Source: Synechococcus sp. (GTDB lineage Bacteria; Cyanobacteriota; Cyanobacteriia; Thermostichales; PCC-7336). Taken from it: DNA of 37,785 nucleotides. Numbering within the stretch: position 1 is the first letter of the stretch; the number at the start of each line of letters is the position of its first letter. The notes beneath the pieces were generated by a model. That model did not search any database and was not told the DNA's origin. It was given only the letters and a program-made list of their open reading frames with translations. Both the position numbers and the translations under genes were made by a program. The stretch lies in NCBI GenBank assembly GCA_051439425.1, contig JBFRWD010000175.1:1-37785 (forward strand), written 5' to 3'. Positions 35,587 through 37,785 of this stretch are shown here, one piece after another.

Positions 35587-36966
35587 ATGTTGAATTACAA
35601 CCCTTTACTGGACACAGATTCCTACAAAGCCAGTCACTGGCTGCAGTATCCTCCCGGTACGAGTGGCATGTTCTCCTATGTGGAAAGTCGTGGGGGGCAG
35701 TATCCTGCCACGGTGTTTTTTGGATTGCAGTACATCCTCAAGCAATACCTAACGCAGCCGATCGAAGCATGGATGGTGGAGGAGGCGAAGGCGTTTTATC
35801 AGGCACACGGCGAGCCTTTTAACGAGGGGGGCTGGAACTACATCGTGCAGGAATTGAGTGGTCGATTACCTGTGCGCATCAGGGCGGTACCGGAAGGAAT
35901 GGTCGTCCCTAACCACAATGTATTGATGACGGTTGAATCCACCGACCCTCAGTCGTTTTGGGTAGTGTCTTGGTTGGAAACGCTGCTGATGCGGGTGTGG
36001 TACCCGGTAACGGTGGCGACACGCAGTTGGAACGTACGACAAACCATTTATGCCGCCTTACAAGCGACGGCTGACGACCCGGATGGGGAAATTGGCTTTA
36101 AGCTGCACGACTTTGGGGCACGAGGGGTGTCCAGTCGAGAGTCCTCCGGCATTGGAGGGATGGCTCACTTGGTGAATTTCTTAGGCAGCGATACGGTGCA
36201 GGGAGTTTTGTACGCCAACCGATTCTACGGCTGCGACATGGCAGGATTTTCCATTCCGGCAGCAGAACACTCCACCATGACCGCTTGGGGCAAAATGGGT
36301 GAAGAAGCTGCTTACCGCAATATGGTGCAGCAATTTGCAAAGCCAGGTGGACTGGTGGCTGTTGTGTCCGATTCCTACGACATCTGGAATGCAGTGGAGA
36401 ATTTGTGGGGCAGTGCTCTCAAGCAAAATGTAGTTGAGTCTGGAGCAACGGTGGTAATTCGTCCGGATTCTGGTAATCCGGTGTTGGTTGTGAGTCGTTT
36501 GCTAAAGATCTTGGCCGATCGCTTCGGAACAACCACAAATGCTAAGGGCTACAAGGTGCTGAAGCACGTGCGAGTAATTCAGGGGGATGGGGTCAATCCG
36601 ACAACCATTGCCGAGGTGATGGAGGCGATCGCTAAGTTGGGTTTCAGTGCTGAAAACGTTGCCTTTGGGATGGGAGGAGCGTTACTGCAGCAGGTGAACC
36701 GCGACACCCAAAAGTTTGCCTACAAGTGCAGCCAAGTCACCATTGACGGTCAAGATATTCCTGTCTTCAAAGACCCCGCCACCGATCCCGGCAAGCGTAG
36801 CAAGCCCGGACGATTGGATTTAGTCCAGCGAAACGGCGAGTTTGTCACTGTAGCTTTGGAGAATGAACTTCAAGCTCCTGATAGTCAATTGGTAACTGTC
36901 TACGAAATCGGACAGCTGTTGCAGGATCACACCTTTGAAAATGTGAGGGCACGAGCAAATGCGTGA
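35587..36966 (+). CDS. nadV: Nicotinamide phosphoribosyltransferase (NAMPT)
   Basis: Motifs TDSYKASH, LHDFGARG, AHLVNFLGSDT, IPAAEHS, VSDSYD, IRPDSG, IQGDG, GMGGALLQ and KDPATDPGKRSK. AAGGA SD before the ATG at 35587. Confidence 0.93.
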   Translation: MLNYNPLLDTDSYKASHWLQYPPGTSGMFSYVESRGGQYPATVFFGLQYILKQYLTQPIEAWMVEEAKAFYQAHGEPFNEGGWNYIVQELSGRLPVRIRAVPEGMVVPNHNVLMTVESTDPQSFWVVSWLETLLMRVWYPVTVATRSWNVRQTIYAALQATADDPDGEIGFKLHDFGARGVSSRESSGIGGMAHLVNFLGSDTVQGVLYANRFYGCDMAGFSIPAAEHSTMTAWGKMGEEAAYRNMVQQFAKPGGLVAVVSDSYDIWNAVENLWGSALKQNVVESGATVVIRPDSGNPVLVVSRLLKILADRFGTTTNAKGYKVLKHVRVIQGDGVNPTTIAEVMEAIAKLGFSAENVAFGMGGALLQQVNRDTQKFAYKCSQVTIDGQDIPVFKDPATDPGKRSKPGRLDLVQRNGEFVTVALENELQAPDSQLVTVYEIGQLLQDHTFENVRARANA

Positions 36967-37007
36967 GCTTTTCCAACCGAGCTACTCTGTTAATCCCTAA
37001 CAACAGA

Positions 37008-37033
37008 GCGGGAGCCATTTGGGTAGCTCCCGC
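37008..37033. terminator. Probable terminator hairpin between convergent nadV and thrS
   Basis: GCGGGAGC-(10 nt)-GCTCCCGC, a perfect 8-bp stem. Confidence 0.55.
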
Positions 37034-37039
37034 CTTACT

Positions 37040-37785
37040 TTACTGCTCCGCCAGTTCCTGCAGCTTGGTGGCTAGATCGGCGATCGCTAACGACCCGGCA
37101 TCACCACCCTTACGGGAACGAACTGCTGCCGTCTGGTTTTCTTGTTCGTCGGCCCCTACCACCAACATGTAAGGAATCTTGGCCTTTTCGGCATTGCGGA
37201 TTTTCTTTCCGAGGCGATCTGAAGCATTGTCCACCATGACACGAATGTCAGCCTCAGCTAGAGCTTGACGCACGGTGTCTGCATACTCCGAGAACTGATC
37301 GGAGACCGGCAGAATTCGCACCTGTTCGGGAGCCAACCAAAAGGGAAAATCGCCAGCATACTGCTCGATTAAAATCCCTACTAGCCGCTCTAACGAGCCG
37401 AAGGGAGCACGGTGAATCATCACGGGGCGCTTTCGGATGCCATCTACTGCCACGTATTCCAAATCGAAACGTTCGGGGAGTTGATAGTCCACCTGCACGG
37501 TGCCAAGCTGCCATTCGCGATCGAGGACATCCCGGAAAATGAAGTCCAGTTTGGGGCCGTAGAATGCTGCTTCCCCTTCCTCTTCGAAATAGGGCATCTC
37601 CAGTTTCTGAACCGCACGCCGGATGGCCCCCTGCGCCTTCTCCCACGCTTCATCTGACCCGAGATATTTATCAGAATTGGGATCCCGGAAACTCAAGCGA
37701 GCCGAGAAATCCTTCAGTCCGAGTCGTTCGAACACGCTCAGAATGAGATCCACCACCTTGAGAAATTCGTCATCAAGTTGTTCGG
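37040..37785 (-). CDS. thrS: Threonine--tRNA ligase, 3' part (5' end lies outside the window)
   Basis: Motifs GEAAFYGPKLD, REWQLGTVQVD, PVMIHRAPFGSLER, FPFWLAPEQV and anticodon-binding domain KKIRNAEKAKIPY. Confidence 0.97.
   Translation of the reverse strand, partial: EQLDDEFLKVVDLILSVFERLGLKDFSARLSFRDPNSDKYLGSDEAWEKAQGAIRRAVQKLEMPYFEEEGEAAFYGPKLDFIFRDVLDREWQLGTVQVDYQLPERFDLEYVAVDGIRKRPVMIHRAPFGSLERLVGILIEQYAGDFPFWLAPEQVRILPVSDQFSEYADTVRQALAEADIRVMVDNASDRLGKKIRNAEKAKIPYMLVVGADEQENQTAAVRSRKGGDAGSLAIADLATKLQELAEQ

Larger units (their letters stand above)
636..37087. repeat. HIP1 octamer (GCGATCGC) dispersed through the window
   Basis: Many copies in core genes, e.g. near 636, 1508, 1851, 11029 and 23150. 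HIP1 abundance is a known cyanobacterial hallmark. None seen by eye between ~13440 and ~16950. Confidence 0.85.

Noticed and set aside
1..37785. CRISPR array associated with the Cas4-like gene
   Set aside because: No regularly spaced direct repeats with unique spacers seen; the short tandem repeats are heptameric STRR-type; no cas1 or cas2.

Overview
Chromosomal window from a cyanobacterium: HIP1 octamers (GCGATCGC) are frequent and heptameric STRR-type repeats are present. Left to right it holds: the dTDP-L-rhamnose genes (rfbC partial, rfbD, long-form rfbA, rfbB); a minus-strand cluster of an FHA/zinc-finger-like protein, an FHA-flavin monooxygenase-like fusion, a small membrane protein and a transmembrane Ser/Thr kinase; an alpha/beta hydrolase and a secreted TPR protein; and a decayed accessory island (~12.65-17.9 kb). 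The island carries a YefM/YoeB toxin-antitoxin pair, a beta-helix gene fragment, a pentapeptide gene, a perfect 22-bp hairpin, an integrase-less integron remnant (attI-like site, one delimited cassette, degenerate attC), a nonsense-interrupted C39 peptidase and the 3' half of a tRNA-Arg(CCT) at its right edge. Further right are an SMR/EamA transporter, an HtrA protease, a DEDDh exonuclease next to a Cas4-like/DUF2779-type double nuclease, mgtE, an RluA-family pseudouridine synthase, a MacAB/DevBCA-like ABC exporter, an Lrp regulator, a peptide ABC permease, an SDR epimerase, a Nudix hydrolase, the NadM-Nudix/NadV NAD salvage pair and the 3' part of thrS. A ~105-bp structured intergenic repeat occurs three times. 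The best candidate for an undescribed system is the kinase/FHA/flavin-monooxygenase module. All family calls come from motif recognition by eye; no database searches were run.
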